Origin: Octopus bimaculoides
Taxonomy: Eukaryota
DNA length: 64,000 nt
NCBI RefSeq assembly: GCF_001194135.2
Contig: NC_068985.1
Span: 112,485,443 to 112,549,442 of the forward strand
Direction: 5' to 3'
Made by a program: the position numbers and the translations under genes. This document shows, one piece after another, positions 38,990-52,390 of the stretch. Position 1 is the first letter of the stretch. Each line of letters opens with the position of its first letter. The notes under the pieces were generated by a model. The model worked only from the letters and a program-made list of their open reading frames with translations, had not been told where the DNA came from and ran no database searches.

Positions 38990-39080
38990 TCATACACACA
39001 CACATATATATATACATACACACATGCATGTACATCATATATATACACACACACACAATATAGCTACTACCTGTACTCTA
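37560..39080. repeat. Low-complexity block: CT-rich with a duplicated ~125-bp unit, then degenerate (CTA)n, (CA)n and (TA)n
   Basis: tctctttctctgagcctaac...ataaagtctatctctc...agtctaacatac is repeated at about 37905 and 38025. Confidence 0.85.
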
Positions 39081-39523
39081 CAAACTGCTGAGGCAACAAA
39101 CCAAGAGAATCACTTAAGCGTGGGAATGGAATGCTATGCTGTATTTGTTCCGGCTCCATACATTCCGAGTTCAAATACCAACTGTTACCTTTTATCCATT
39201 CTTTCAAGGTTGATAAAATAGAGCACCAAACAACCTAGAGCAGCAGACTGACAGAATTGTTAAAACATGGGATGAAATGCCTCCTGGCATTTGTTCCAGC
39301 TTTTCACATTCTGAGTTAGTAAGTGGCAGCCTTAACTGCGAGTTCAAACCAGCAACCCTGCCTTGAGGACCTGACCTCACATCAAGATATCTTATCAAGC
39401 TACATCATCATCTTCTTTTAAAGTGTATCTTCCATGCTGGCATGGGTGGGACTGTTTGACAGAGTCCACAGGTTCAAGGCACTCCAATCTTTTATCTTTT
39501 CTCATTCGTTTTACTCATTAGAC

Positions 39524-39821
39524 TAGGGGTTTTCGAACTTCTTGAGTTGCGGACCCCTTTCTATTTCAGGCTTTACCTTAGGGACCCCCTTATAAACACT
39601 TATGAAATTTATACATAAATATTTGCTTAAAATAACATATATTTTTACATTTATTTATTTAACAGTATTGAACAAAATAGGTTTATTTTCAATTAAAAGA
39701 TTTCAATTAAAAAACATATATAAAATCAAATTGCCCATAAAAAGTATTTGCTGTCCATGGACCCCCTGTCTTGTCCTTGCAGACCCCCTGTGGTCCACGG
39801 ACCACAGTTTGAAAACCCCTG
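39524..39821. mobile_element. hAT (Charlie-like) MITE with 8-bp TSD, inserted into a SINE-A tail
   Basis: TIRs taggggttttcgaact / agtttgaaaacccctg; TSD cattagac at 39516-39523 and 39822-39829. Confidence 0.92.
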
Positions 39822-41202
39822 CATTAGACTGTGGCCATGCCTTGGAGAATTTTAGTCAAATGAATCGACCCCAGTACTTACTTTTTTTTAAAGAACTGGT
39901 ACTTATTCTATCAGTCTCTTTTGCTGAACCACTAAGTTACGAGGCCATAAACACACCAATACCATCCACCATCCACACCATCAAGCGGCAGATGGGGGGA
40001 AAACACAAAGACTCACACCCATAGACATCATATATACTTTTCTACTCTAGGAACAAGGCACGAAATTTTGGGGAGGGGGGAAGTCAATTAGATCAACCCC
40101 AGTACACAACTGATGCTTAATTTATTGACTCTGAAAGGATGAAAGGCAAAGTCAACCTCAGTGGGATTTGAACTCAGAATGTAAAGACAGACGAAATACT
40201 GCTAAGCATGTGTTCATGGAAGACTGGAAATGTAGGACATCGCTTCCATGATGGTGATCTTCGTTTATAACCATCATGTAATGATAAAGCAAGGCGACAG
40301 TAATGCACATACAAACACACACACACATATATATGTATATATATATGACTAGGTTCTTTCAGGTTCCGTCTACCAAACCCACTCACAAGACTTTGGTCAG
40401 CCCAGAGCTATTGTAGAAAAGATTTGCCCAAGGTGTCACACAGAGGAACTGAACAAGAAACCATGAGTTTGAGAAGCAAACTTCTTACCACACAGCCACA
40501 CCCCTTGGCTGTCTGTACATATAGGAATGTTCCTCTATGACCCTCTTTCAGCTGAGAGATCCTAGTTTTTGTGGACTCATGGGAGCTTGTACCAATTAAA
40601 AGCATCCGTGCCGGTGCCACATTACAGGCACCCGTGCTGGTGCCACATCATAGGCGCTCATGCTGGGGCCACGTAGAGCACCCGTGTCGGTGCCACATAA
40701 AAGCACTCATGCTGGTGCCACATAGAAACACTCATGTCAGTGCCACATAAAAGCACCCATGCTGGTGCCACATTACAGGCACTCATGCTGGTGTCACATG
40801 AAAGCACCCATTCCAGTGTCAGGTAAGAGTGTCCATGCTGGTTCCACGTGGAAGCACCTGTGTTGGTGCCAGGTAAAAGCACATGTGCCAGTACCACATT
40901 AAAAGCACACGGCACACACACACTGTAAAGTGGTTGGCATCAGGAAGGGCATCCAGCTGGAGAAACCATGCCACAACAGACAAAATGGGGCCCAGAGGGT
41001 CAACTCCTGCCAAACCACTCAACCCATGCCAGCATGGAGAACAGATGTTAAATGATGATAATGATCACACACACACACACACAATTATACATACACTGTA
41101 TTCATTTTAGCATCCACTTTTTCATGCTTGAATGAGTTAGAGTTTATCAAGACAGATTTCTTTTCTACAGTTACACACACACACACACACACAAACACAC
41201 AT

Positions 41203-41249
<47 letters not shown>

Positions 41250-41403
41250 GAAGGGGATATTTCTAAGTGGCCTGCTTGTTTGTTGCACCTTGTTTACCAT
41301 TTTTGTCCTTGTTCTTTTGCCACGTCATGTACCCAGTTATGTATCTATATGTACATGAACGTATATACATACATGTACATATATATGCATATACTCATAT
41401 ATT

Positions 41404-41467
<64 letters not shown>

Positions 41468-42949
41468 GGAAGTTAATGATTGGATCAAAGTGGACTGAGC
41501 TGTGAAACATTTACATCATCAAAGTAACTGGGTCACACAGTGTTACCAGATCTCCTGTCTCATAACTATTCATACATACTTTAATCCTAACATGTTGATT
41601 TTTAAGTCTGGTTCTCTTCCTGGGGTTAATTTAAAAAACAGAAAAAGGAACCTATTTGACTCGTTATCAAGCTTTTTTTCCTTTGAAAATTAACCCTTTT
41701 GTTGCTATAATTCTACAGAAATACAAATGTTTCAAATTATGAAGAATTTAGTAAAATGATTTTGTTGTTGTTAAACTGGTGTTTGAAGCGTACATAGGGG
41801 TGGCTGTGTGGTAAGTAGCTTGCTTACGAACCACATGGTTCCGAGTTCCGTCCCACTGCATGGCACCTTGGGCAAGTGTCTTCTACTATATCCTCGGGCC
41901 GACCAAAGCCTTGTGAGTGGATTTGGTACACGGAAACTGAAAGAAGCCTGTCGTAAATATATGTATATATATGTGTGTGTGTATATGTTTGTGTGTCTGT
42001 GTTTGTCCCCCCAACATCACTTGACAACCGATGCTGGGTGTGTTTACGTCCCCGTAATTTAGCGGTTCGGTCAAAGAGACCGATAGAATAAGTATTAGGC
42101 TTACAAAAAGAATAAGTCCTGGGGTCGATTTGCTCGACTAAAGGCGGTGCTCCAGCATGGCCACAGTCAAATGACTGAAACAAGTAAAAGAATAAGAGAG
42201 TGAGATTTTCATGGAAGGATTTATTTTGAATCACTTTAACCCCCTTGTGACCATACTTTTGCTGATATAAAACTGCCTTTCAATTACTTTTAAAATAAAG
42301 AAGAAAGTAAAATAATTTTGCTGCTATTAAGGTGGTGTTTGAAATAAATTAACATGGAGATTTTGATGGAAGACTTTAATTTGGATAACACTAAAATGAG
42401 TTTGAATCACAGAACCATCAGTGAGGAGAGGTAAGGTGAGGAGCAGTCACAGGCAGGCTGGTATCAAAAGGGTTAAATATGGGATTTGGTAACCAGAGAC
42501 TGAAAGAAGCCTGTCATCATCATCATCATCATTTTAACATCCACTTTTCCATGCATGCATGAATTGACAGAGTTTTGTTGCAGTAGATTTTCTACAGCTG
42601 GATACTCTGCCTGAGTAAGGTAATCAATTACACACAAGCAGACATGTTTTCACCAAATATCTGAAACAAAGGACACTGCTTATATGACAGTGACACTCAT
42701 TTACAACTCACAATGTCAAACCAAAGAGACAGTAACAAACAAACACACACACACACACTCACACATACACATATATATTTATTAAGGCTGAAAAAAATCT
42801 TCACAAATTGTCTGTGAAAGTGCAAACAGATTCTGAAGAATTTTTCAGCTTTAATAAAAGAATATTACTCTACCTTTGGTGTTCAAATACTATTTTTCCC
42901 ACCTTGTTTGGCATTTATGTGCTTATTTCTGTTTTTGTGTGTATGTGTG

Positions 42950-42985
<36 letters not shown>

Positions 42986-44457
42986 AGAATTCACGGAAAA
43001 AAAAAACAGACGAAGATAGGTGGTGTAAACAACAAATGGATGTATTAGTATAATGCTCGGGAATAGAGAAAGTCTTTAACGTTTCGAGCCTACGCTCTTC
43101 AACAGAAAGGAACACAGAAAGAAACATGGAGAGAAAAAAAATATATGTGTAGTGGTCAGGAATGGTACATCAAGAATCTACTATTTAACAGAGATTTTCT
43201 TTCACCTGGTGAAATTCTGCATTATTTTGAAGGCTTTTTTGCATTTTGTATTAATGCAGGCATGTAAGTAAGTTATTTATTATTAAATATAACAATATAA
43301 ATTATTTACATGTTTTTAAGTTATGAAACAACTTTGTTGTGAAATTATAATTTTCTTATTGTTAAATAAAATCTCATCAAACTACACACAGACATGACGG
43401 GCTTCCTTTAGTTTCTTATTTCTTTATTGCCCACAAGGGGCTAAACATAGAGGGGAAAAACAAGGACAGACAAAGGGATGAAATTGATTACATCGACTCC
43501 AGTGCGTAACTGGTACTTAATTTATCGACCCCGAAAGGACGAAAGGCAAAGTCGACCTCAGCAGAATTTGAACTCAGAACATAACGGCATACGAAATACC
43601 GCTAAGAATCTCGCCCAGCGTGCTAACCACTCTGCCAGCTCGCCGCCTTTTTTTAGNNNNNNNNNNNNNNNNNNNNNNNNNNNNNNNNNNNNNNNNNNNN
43701 NNNNNNNNNNNNNNNNNNNNNNNNNNNNNNNNNNNNNNNNNNNNNNNNNNNNNNNNNNNNNNNNNNNNNNNNNNNNNNNNNNNNNNNNNNNNNNNNNNNN
43801 NNNNNNNNNNNNNNNNNNNNNNNNNNNNNNNNNNNNNNNNNNNNNNNNNNNNNNNNNNNNNNNNNNNNNNNNNNNNNNNNNNNNNNNNNNNNNNNNNNNN
43901 NNNNNNNNNNNNNNNNNNNNNNNNNNNNNNNNNNNNNNNNNNNNNNNNNNNNNNNNNNNNNNNNNNNNNNNNNNNNNNNNNNNNNNNNNNNNNNNNNNNN
44001 NNNNNNNNNNNNNNNNNNNNNNNNNNNNNNNNNNNNNNNNNNNNNNNNNNNNNNNNNNNNNNNNNNNNNNNNNNNNNNNNNNNNNNNNNNNNNNNNNNNN
44101 NNNNNNNNNNNNNNNNNNNNNNNNNNNNNNNNNNNNNNNNNNNNNNNNNNNNNNNNNNNNNNNNNNNNNNNNNNNNNNNNNNNNNNNNNNNNNNNNNNNN
44201 NNNNNNNNNNNNNNNNNNNNNNNNNNNNNNNNNNNNNNNNNNNNNNNNNNNNNNNNNNNNNNNNNNNNNNNNNNNNNNNNNNNNNNNNNNNNNNNNNNNN
44301 NNNNNNNNCAAGTTGTTATTTATTATACCCAATGTTAGTTTATTTGGAAGAAAAGTTTATTTCTAAAGTGAGAAAGAAAAAAAAATTTGGAAAATATAAA
44401 AAGAAGATTTGCCTGGAATTGCCATAAATCATTTCAGAATGGTTTAATGTGTGTGTA

Positions 44458-44506
<49 letters not shown>

Positions 44507-46473
44507 CAGATAGACAAACAGACAGACCAGCTGCAGTAAGGGGCAGCTGGAAAGTTGACATTCAAAGGTAAGTAGTAGTAGTAGTAGTAGTAGTTGGTGT
44601 TGCAGCTGTTTAGTTTTAAGTCAGTTCTGGCTAAGTAGATCTATGACCAAACACTTCTAGTCATGACCACCCTGTCTCATTTTTGACATGCAAGGAGCCC
44701 AAGAACTCTCAACTAACATACCTCCAACTTTTTTCTTTTTTTTTTTTCTTTTAAGACAGCAGAAATGCAACATCAGCAATATTCAGCTGGTATTTCTAGC
44801 AAATAAGTGACAGTAGTGCAGGTCGTTTTCTTATCCCCTCACTGTGCAGAGAGAAACTATAAAAAAACTTACCACACACCACAAAGAATGTGGAAATGGG
44901 TATATAATAAACCAGCTTGTGTAGATGGTACTAATTAGCCATTCAAAACACACAAAGACTTAATTGCACTCAAGCCTTTAGCTTTCAGATTATTTTGTCC
45001 AATGCATCATAATCATCATCGTTTAACGTCTGCCTTCCATGCTAGCATGGGTTGGACGATTTGACTGAGGACTGGTGAACCAGATGGCTACACCAGGCTC
45101 CAATCTGATTTGGCAGAGTGTCTACAGCTGGATGCCCTTCCTAACGCCAACCATTCCGAGAGTGTAGTGGGTGCTTTTACATGCCACCGGCATGAAGGCC
45201 AGTCAGAAGGTACTGGCAAGGCCACACTCAAAATGGTGTTTTTTATGTGCCACCTGCACAGGAGCCAGTCCAACGGCACTGGCAACAATCTTGCCAGTAA
45301 GGCAATGCTGGTAACGATCACGCTCAAATGGTGCTATTTACGTGCCACTTGCACGGAAGCCAGACAGCTGCTCTGGTAATGATCAAACTCAGATGGTGCT
45401 CTTAGCGCTCCACTGGTACAGGTGCCATCACGATTTCGATTTCACTTGTCCCAACAGGTCTTCGCAAGCCGAGTTTAGCGTCCACTGAAGGAGAGGTTGG
45501 CATGGGTGCCAGTCGTCGAATTTGGAATGCAGTGCTTATTTATTTGTATTGTTTTGAATTAAATGTGCATTATTTATTTCACAGCTTCAAGATTTCTATA
45601 AAGTGATTGCTTATTTTCAAAATAGTAGGGTAAGTATGAAAGGCCAGATCTGGTAGGTTTGAACATAAAATGGATAGAATACTTGAACCGGATATGGCCA
45701 GTTTAACTCTGTAGCATTTAGGTTATTCTTTAAAATATAATGCTTATTTATTCACATTGTTTGGAATTAATCATGCATTATTTCATAGCTTCAATATTTC
45801 TATGATGTGATAAATAATTTCTAAAATGACATGGTAGGGTAGGTGTGAAAGGCCAGACTTGACTGGTTTGAACATAAAACAGAAAGAATATCTGAGCCAG
45901 ATCTGGCCAGTTTAACTCTTTAGCTTTCAGATTACTCATTCAAATGTAATATTTATTTGCATAGCTTAGAATGAGTCATGCAAGGATGTGGTTACTTGTT
46001 TTTGAATGACGTTGTGGGTTAAGCGTAAAAGACCAAATCTGGCTGGTTTGAACATAGAACATTTTAGAATATTATGGATGGCTTAAATGCTAAAGTGTTA
46101 AACATTTGTTATTTGGTTCCAACTTCTGAATAACCATGTCACAGCTGGTGAGACATAAGTTTTGACACTAAATAATAAATTTCTAAGTGAAGTTGACTGT
46201 TTTTGTGTGTTTTTGAACAGCCAACTTGTGTATTCTATGCTGCAATTGTTTTAGTTTCAACACACCGTCTCAGATAAAATCACTTGACAGATAGACACAT
46301 ATCTGAAATTCTAGTATATAATAAATACTTGTTAAGACGGTAGAAATGGGTGGGCTGGTGGGATATCTTTCAGAATTACTTTGTGCGGATCAGAAGGAAA
46401 ATGCTGGCTGTTATTGCCAAGCTCTTGTTACATTGCTGGCAATTAAGAATGATGTACCATGCACACACTAACA

Positions 46474-46936
46474 CAGTGTTCCTCAACCTTTTCACAGTGG
46501 TTCCCAACCCTTTTATTTAAATGAGTTTTCCCCCATGGACCTCTTTTAATGCGCTTATCCCCATATATATATATATANNNNNNNNNNNNNNNNNNNNNNN
46601 NNNNNNNNNNNNNNNNNNNNNNNNNNNNNNNNNNNNNNNNNNNNNNNNNNNNNNNNNNNNNNNNNNNNNNNNNNNNNNNNNNNNNNNNNNATAATACAAA
46701 ATGGAACAAGAATGCAAAACATCTAGACAGTTAGGTGATACAAGAAAGGGACGACAAAACATCCAGACAGATGATACAAAGAAAACAAGGACAGGTCATT
46801 CGGAGTTTTCTTTCCTCAGTCGAGTTCCAGATTATCTTTGCAATTTCGGCTGGTTATACTCGAGATTGCTCCAATCTGGCCAGCCCCAAGTAAAAACTAA
46901 GCTAAGAGCATTCGATTCCTTGGAAGAAACCAGCGA

Positions 46937-46973
<37 letters not shown>

Positions 46974-47052
46974 TTTGAATTTAGTTCACAGACCCCCAGT
47001 ACTACCTTTGCAGACCACCAGGGGTTCACAAACCCCAGGATGGGAACCACTG
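46474..47052. mobile_element. hAT MITE with 8-bp TSD, carrying an internal (TA)n-embedded repeat (46691-46930)
   Basis: Ends cagtgttcctcaacc / tgggaaccactg; TSD cactaaca at 46466-46473 and 47053-47060. A related right end occurs at about 5030-5132. Confidence 0.88.
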
Positions 47053-47592
47053 CACTAACACTTGGGTTTTTTTGTTTTGCTTTTTGTTGTTGATGTTTTT
47101 AAAAATGCAATCAATCAGGGTTATTTAGTTAATTCTTTAATCTTTTCTTTTACCTCCCCATGATGGTGATGATGATGATGGCTGTCCAGCTGTCTTGAAA
47201 AAATTTGCAACAGAGAAAGTCAAGCAGTGGTCATGCATCCGATATCTGATTGATTAGACTGTGTGTGAAGGCATGAGGCTTAGTGGTTAGGGTACTCAGC
47301 TCACAAATGTGAGGTCATGAGTTCAATTCCAGGCAGTGCATCGTGTCCTTGAGCAAGACACTTTATTTCATGTTGCTCCAGTCAACTCAATTGGCAAAAA
47401 TGAGCTTTACCTGTATGTCAAAGGGCCAACCCTGTCACACTCTATGTCACACTGAATCTCCTTGAGAAATGTGTTTAGAATACACACGTCTGTGGAGTGC
47501 TCAGCCACTTGCACACTAATTTCAGGAGCAGGCTGTTCTGTTGATCCAGTCAACTGGAATCCTTGGGCGGCACACACTATCTATGCTAGTGT

Positions 47593-47632
<40 letters not shown>

Positions 47633-48944
47633 GATGGGCTTCTTTCAGTTTTCATCTAATAAATCCACTCCCAAGGCTTTGGTTGGGCTGAGGCTTACAG
47701 TAGAAGACACTTGCCTAAGGTACCATGCAGTGGGACTGAACCCAGAATCATGTGGTTGGGAAGCAGGTTTCTTACCATGGCTGTGTAGTAAAGAAGTTTG
47801 CTTCCCAACCATATGATCTCAGGTTCAATCCCAATGCATGACAGCACTGCCATAAAATAATTCAAACTTGATCAATTTTATGGTCGAAGTAAAAGCCAAG
47901 AGTTTAGGAACCAGTTTCGGTGAGGCCACCTTTCTGTAAAAGCTCAAGGTGTCATGCTCTGGGACCTGGAAGCGCATGGTTAGGAAGCATACTTCTTAAC
48001 CACACAGCCATGCCTGCACATATGCGTGTGTATGTGTGTACACAACACACATATCTATATATACATGCATATATGCATTCATACACATACATTCATATGC
48101 ATCCATTCGCCATGATAGATCGCTGACCACTACATTTATATTTTTTTTCTCCTTGTTTCTCTCCTTATTTCTTTCTGTGTTCCTTTCAGTTGAAGAGCGT
48201 AGGCTCGAAACGTCAAAGACTTTCTCTATTCCGAGAGTTAAACTAATACATCCATTTGTTGTTTACACCACCTGTCTTCGTCTGTTGTTTTTTTTCGTAA
48301 ATTCTCCGATACATACAAACATACATGTATATACGTAGATACATAATACATACACAAAGATATATATACATGTGTATACATGCATTCATACATACACATA
48401 TACATATGTTATAAAAGGTCTTGACTCCACTTATGCAAATATTCTAACAATTATTTGAAGTTAATTTGACTCGAGTCGAAAATTCTGGTACTCGTAACAC
48501 AAAAGAAAGAAAGAACGAAAGAGAGAAAGAAAGAGATAGATAGATAGATAGATAGATAGACAGACAGGCATACAACGATAAACCTACCACTTGTACCAGT
48601 TTCAGCCAAATTAAACAAACAAAAAAAAAAAGAAAAAAAGAAAAGAAAAAAAGAAGTTCAAGATGTTATTCTTTTCTTTTGCAATTCTATCTGAAATATT
48701 GCTATTAAAGCAATGAGCAATGACACCAGGTAAGATAGACAGCCAGGTAGATAGGTTAGGGCAAACAAAGAAATAGATTGTTACACACACACACACACAC
48801 ACACACGTACCGTGTTTATCATTTTGTCCATGTTCTTTTGCCACGTCATGTACCCAGTTATGTATCTATATGTACATGTAGATGAAGGTATGTACATACA
48901 TGTACATATATATATGCATACACTCATATATTGTTTATATATAT

Positions 48945-49133
48945 CAGCTCTTCGAAACGACGGTGTTAAAACGGGGGTAGCTGATGAAGAAGAATGTTCT
49001 CTATGTGGCTTGTGTGTTTTCTCGTCTACGTTTTGTTTGCAATGTCCTGTACCCAGATATGCACCTATACATTCAGGTGGATGTCGCTATGCACATACCT
49101 GTACGTATATATGCATATACTCATTTACTATTT

Positions 49134-49140
<7 letters not shown>
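48945..49140 (+). mobile_element. Penelope-like end of a related subfamily, head-to-tail after 48810-48945
   Basis: ttcgaaacg...gctgatgaagaag...gtacccagatatgcacc...tttgttta followed by (TA)n. Confidence 0.5.
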
Positions 49141-49169
<29 letters not shown>

Positions 49170-49619
49170 CAAATAAATATCAACAGCAAAGAAATATGAG
49201 AAGCGAAAAACAAAAGAAAAGTGAAAATGTTGAGAAAATCAAGAAAATATAAACAAGATTGAAATTTAAAGAAGAAAAGAAAAAAGAAAATCGAGAAAAA
49301 AAACGAAGTGAGATATGATACGATGTTGTTTACCAAATAGAAAACTAGTGATACAGCAAAACAAACAGGATAATGTAACAAGTACATAACAAGACCAGTG
49401 TACCGTAAACGAACCAGTGAGAACTTCTATGTGACTGTTGAAATTGCTAGAAATAACAGTAGAATTTCCTTTAAATTATGTCACTTTTTTGCGTGACACA
49501 CATACACACACACAATATATATTTATAATCAAGGGTACAAGTACCAGCGTTGTTAGAAATAAGAGTCGAAATATACTCAAATAAGCTACAATATCACTGA
49601 ATTTTCAGTGATATATATA

Positions 49620-49853
49620 TTACTCTCTTTACTCTTTTACTTGTTTCAGTCATTTGACTGTGGCCATGCTGGAGCACCGCCTTTAGTCGAGCAAATCGAC
49701 CCCAGGACTTATTCTTTGGAAGCCTAGTACTTATTCTATCAGTCTCTTTTTGCCGAACCGCTAAGCTATGGGGACGTAAACACACCAGCATCGGTTGTCA
49801 AGCGATGATGGGGGACAAACACAGACATACAAACACACATACACACACACAAA

Positions 49854-49894
<41 letters not shown>

Positions 49895-49970
49895 GTATAT
49901 ATACATATATATACGACGGGCTTCTTTCAGTTTCCGTCTACTAAATCCACTCACAAGGCTTTGGTCGGCC
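49620..49970 (-). mobile_element. SINE family A; further copies at 53312-53815, 55330-55925, 61410-61790, 62020-62300 and 63105-63270
   Basis: Matches the family A consensus. Confidence 0.9.
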
Positions 49971-50469
49971 NNNNNNNNNNNNNNNNNNNNNNNNNNNNNN
50001 NNNNNNNNNNNNNNNNNNNNNNNNNNNNNATATATATATATATATATATATATATAGTGTGTGTGTGTGTTCTCAATCACTGGTTGACAGCCGGTGTTGT
50101 CTTCTTTATGTCGCCATAACTTAGCGGTTCAGCAGAAAAGTACTGGGGTTGGTTTGTACAACAAAGCCCTTCAAGGTGGTGCCCCAGCATGGCTATAGTC
50201 TATTAACTAAAACAAGTAAAAAAAACACACACACACACACAAACATATGGGCTTCTTGCAGTTTCCATCAACCAAATTCCTTCGCATGTCATTAGTTGTC
50301 CCAGAGTGAGTCATTGTGACAGCGTTTACGTTTCACTGCTACCATGACAACCAAATTTATTTCTTTAAGTATAAGTTTGAAAGCCGAGTCAATGGAGAGG
50401 AATTAGAACTCCCAATCTTGCTCAACGGGGCTGGGGTCATCTTAGGTTACTGGTCTTAGAGGCATTATC

Positions 50470-50640
50470 ATGCATAGAGCCGACCATGCCCACCACTGCC
50501 CCTCACTGCTGGTGAACCCAAGCCAGCTAATTTACATCCGCTGAGATGACATCGAGGTTCTGGAGATCTTCCTTAATTACATCCAGCCATTTGGTGTGGG
50601 GCCTCCCATGGGGCCTCTTCCAGCCCACAGCTGCGGCATC
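50470..50640 (-). pseudogene. Degenerate C-terminus of an RTE-clade LINE ORF
   Basis: Reads GWKRP / GRPHTKWLDVIKEDLQNLDVISADVN*LAWVHQQ*GAVV with one frameshift and two stops. This fits the RTE C-terminal G.RP.GRP...W.D.I..DL pattern. Confidence 0.65.
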
Positions 50641-52011
50641 AAAATAATATCCAAGAGACTAAAAAGTGTCAGCAGAAGGGCACCCAGTAGTTATAACCTG
50701 AATATGGCTCAATCCCCTTAGAAATTAAAAAGTTTAGGGCCAAAAACACTTGCCTAAGGTAGAGAATGCTTTTTTATCTGAAGACCTTCTGCTGTTCAGC
50801 TCTCTTGAGAGTTCTAACAACAGAAGACACTTCAAATTGCAGATTGTACTCCACAGCAGAAGTGTACTCAAGAAAACCTGTGCTTAACAGCAGAAATGTT
50901 AAGGACGCTCCCCACTGGTAAAGACAGTTGGCCTGCAAGCGTCCTGTGCCAGTGCTGCATAAAAAGCTCTGGTACCAGTGCCGCATAAAAAGATCTGGTA
51001 CCAGTGGCATGCAGAAGCACTTGTGTGGTACCACGTAAAAGCATCCAGCACACTCTGTAAAGTGGTTGGTGTTAGGAAGGTGCATCCAGTCATAGAAACC
51101 ATGCCAAATCAGACTAGTGTCTGGTGCAGCTCTCCAGGTTTTCAGTTCTGGTCAAACCATCCAACCCATGCCAGCATGGACAATGGACGTACGATGATGA
51201 TAATGATGATGGTGATATATATTATTTTTCTTGAACTCTCGGAGGGGTTGGTGTTAGGAAGGGCATCCAGCTGTAGAAACTCTGCCAGATTAGATTGGAG
51301 CCTGGTGCAGCCTTCTGGCTTGCCAGTCCTCAGTCAAATCATCCAACCCATGCTAGTATGGAAAGCAGACGTTAAACGATGATGATGATGATGATGAACC
51401 CTAAAACTCATAGGGTCACTTACCATTTTCATGGCATAAGTGACTGAGATATTGGTCCATTGCAGGGTTCTAGGCCAGCATTTTTTTTTAAGGAGATGGG
51501 GTACAAGTTGATTTACATGAACCCCTGTACTTGACTGGTACTTTATTTTACAGAACATGAAGGGATGAAAGGCAAACACCAACCCTGGTGTGATTTGAAC
51601 TCAGAACATAATGAGCCAGAAGAAATGCTGCTAGCTTGGATTGCTGCCTTAAAACCATGTCCTACAGTCTTGAGATTTGAAGAGTTCATTGTGACCTGTA
51701 TAATGTATAACAGTTGGTCACATTGGGATTGGATGCAAAAATAATAGGATTGAACAAATATAATGAAATAAATGATTTTGTATCAATTAACCCTTTAGCA
51801 TTTAAACTGGCCATAACCAACCCTAATATTCTATGTATTTAATGTTAAAATTGACTAGATCCAACTGCTCACACCTCTCCTACAATGTCTTTTGAAAAAT
51901 ATACAATCACATCATGAAAATCTTGAATCTATGAGATAATGCAGGATTAATTCAAACAATGTGAGTAAACAAGCATTATATTTCACAAAGGAATTTGAAT
52001 GCTAAACTGTT

Positions 52012-52390
52012 GTTGGCACTCTGTCGCTTACGATGTCGAGGGTTCCAGTTGATCTGATGAACGGAACAGCCTGCTCGTGAAATTAACGTGCAAGTGGCTG
52101 AGCACTCCACAGACATGTGTACCCTTAACGTAATTCTCGGGGATATTCAGCGTGATACAGTGTGACAAGGCTGACCCTTTGAATTACAGGCACACCAGAA
52201 ACAGGAAGTAAGAGTGAGAGAAATTTGTGGTGAAAGAGTACAGCAGGGTTCGCCACCATCCCCTGCTGGAGCCTCGTGGAGCTTTAGGTGTTTTCACTCA
52301 ATAAACATTCACAACGCCCGGTCTGGGAATCGAAACTGCGATCCTATAACCGCGAGTCCGCTGCCCTAACCACTGGACCTTTGCGCCTCT
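52012..52390 (-). mobile_element. SINE family C with 13-bp TSD
   Basis: atgctaaactgtt at 51999-52011 and 52391-52403. Confidence 0.92.
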
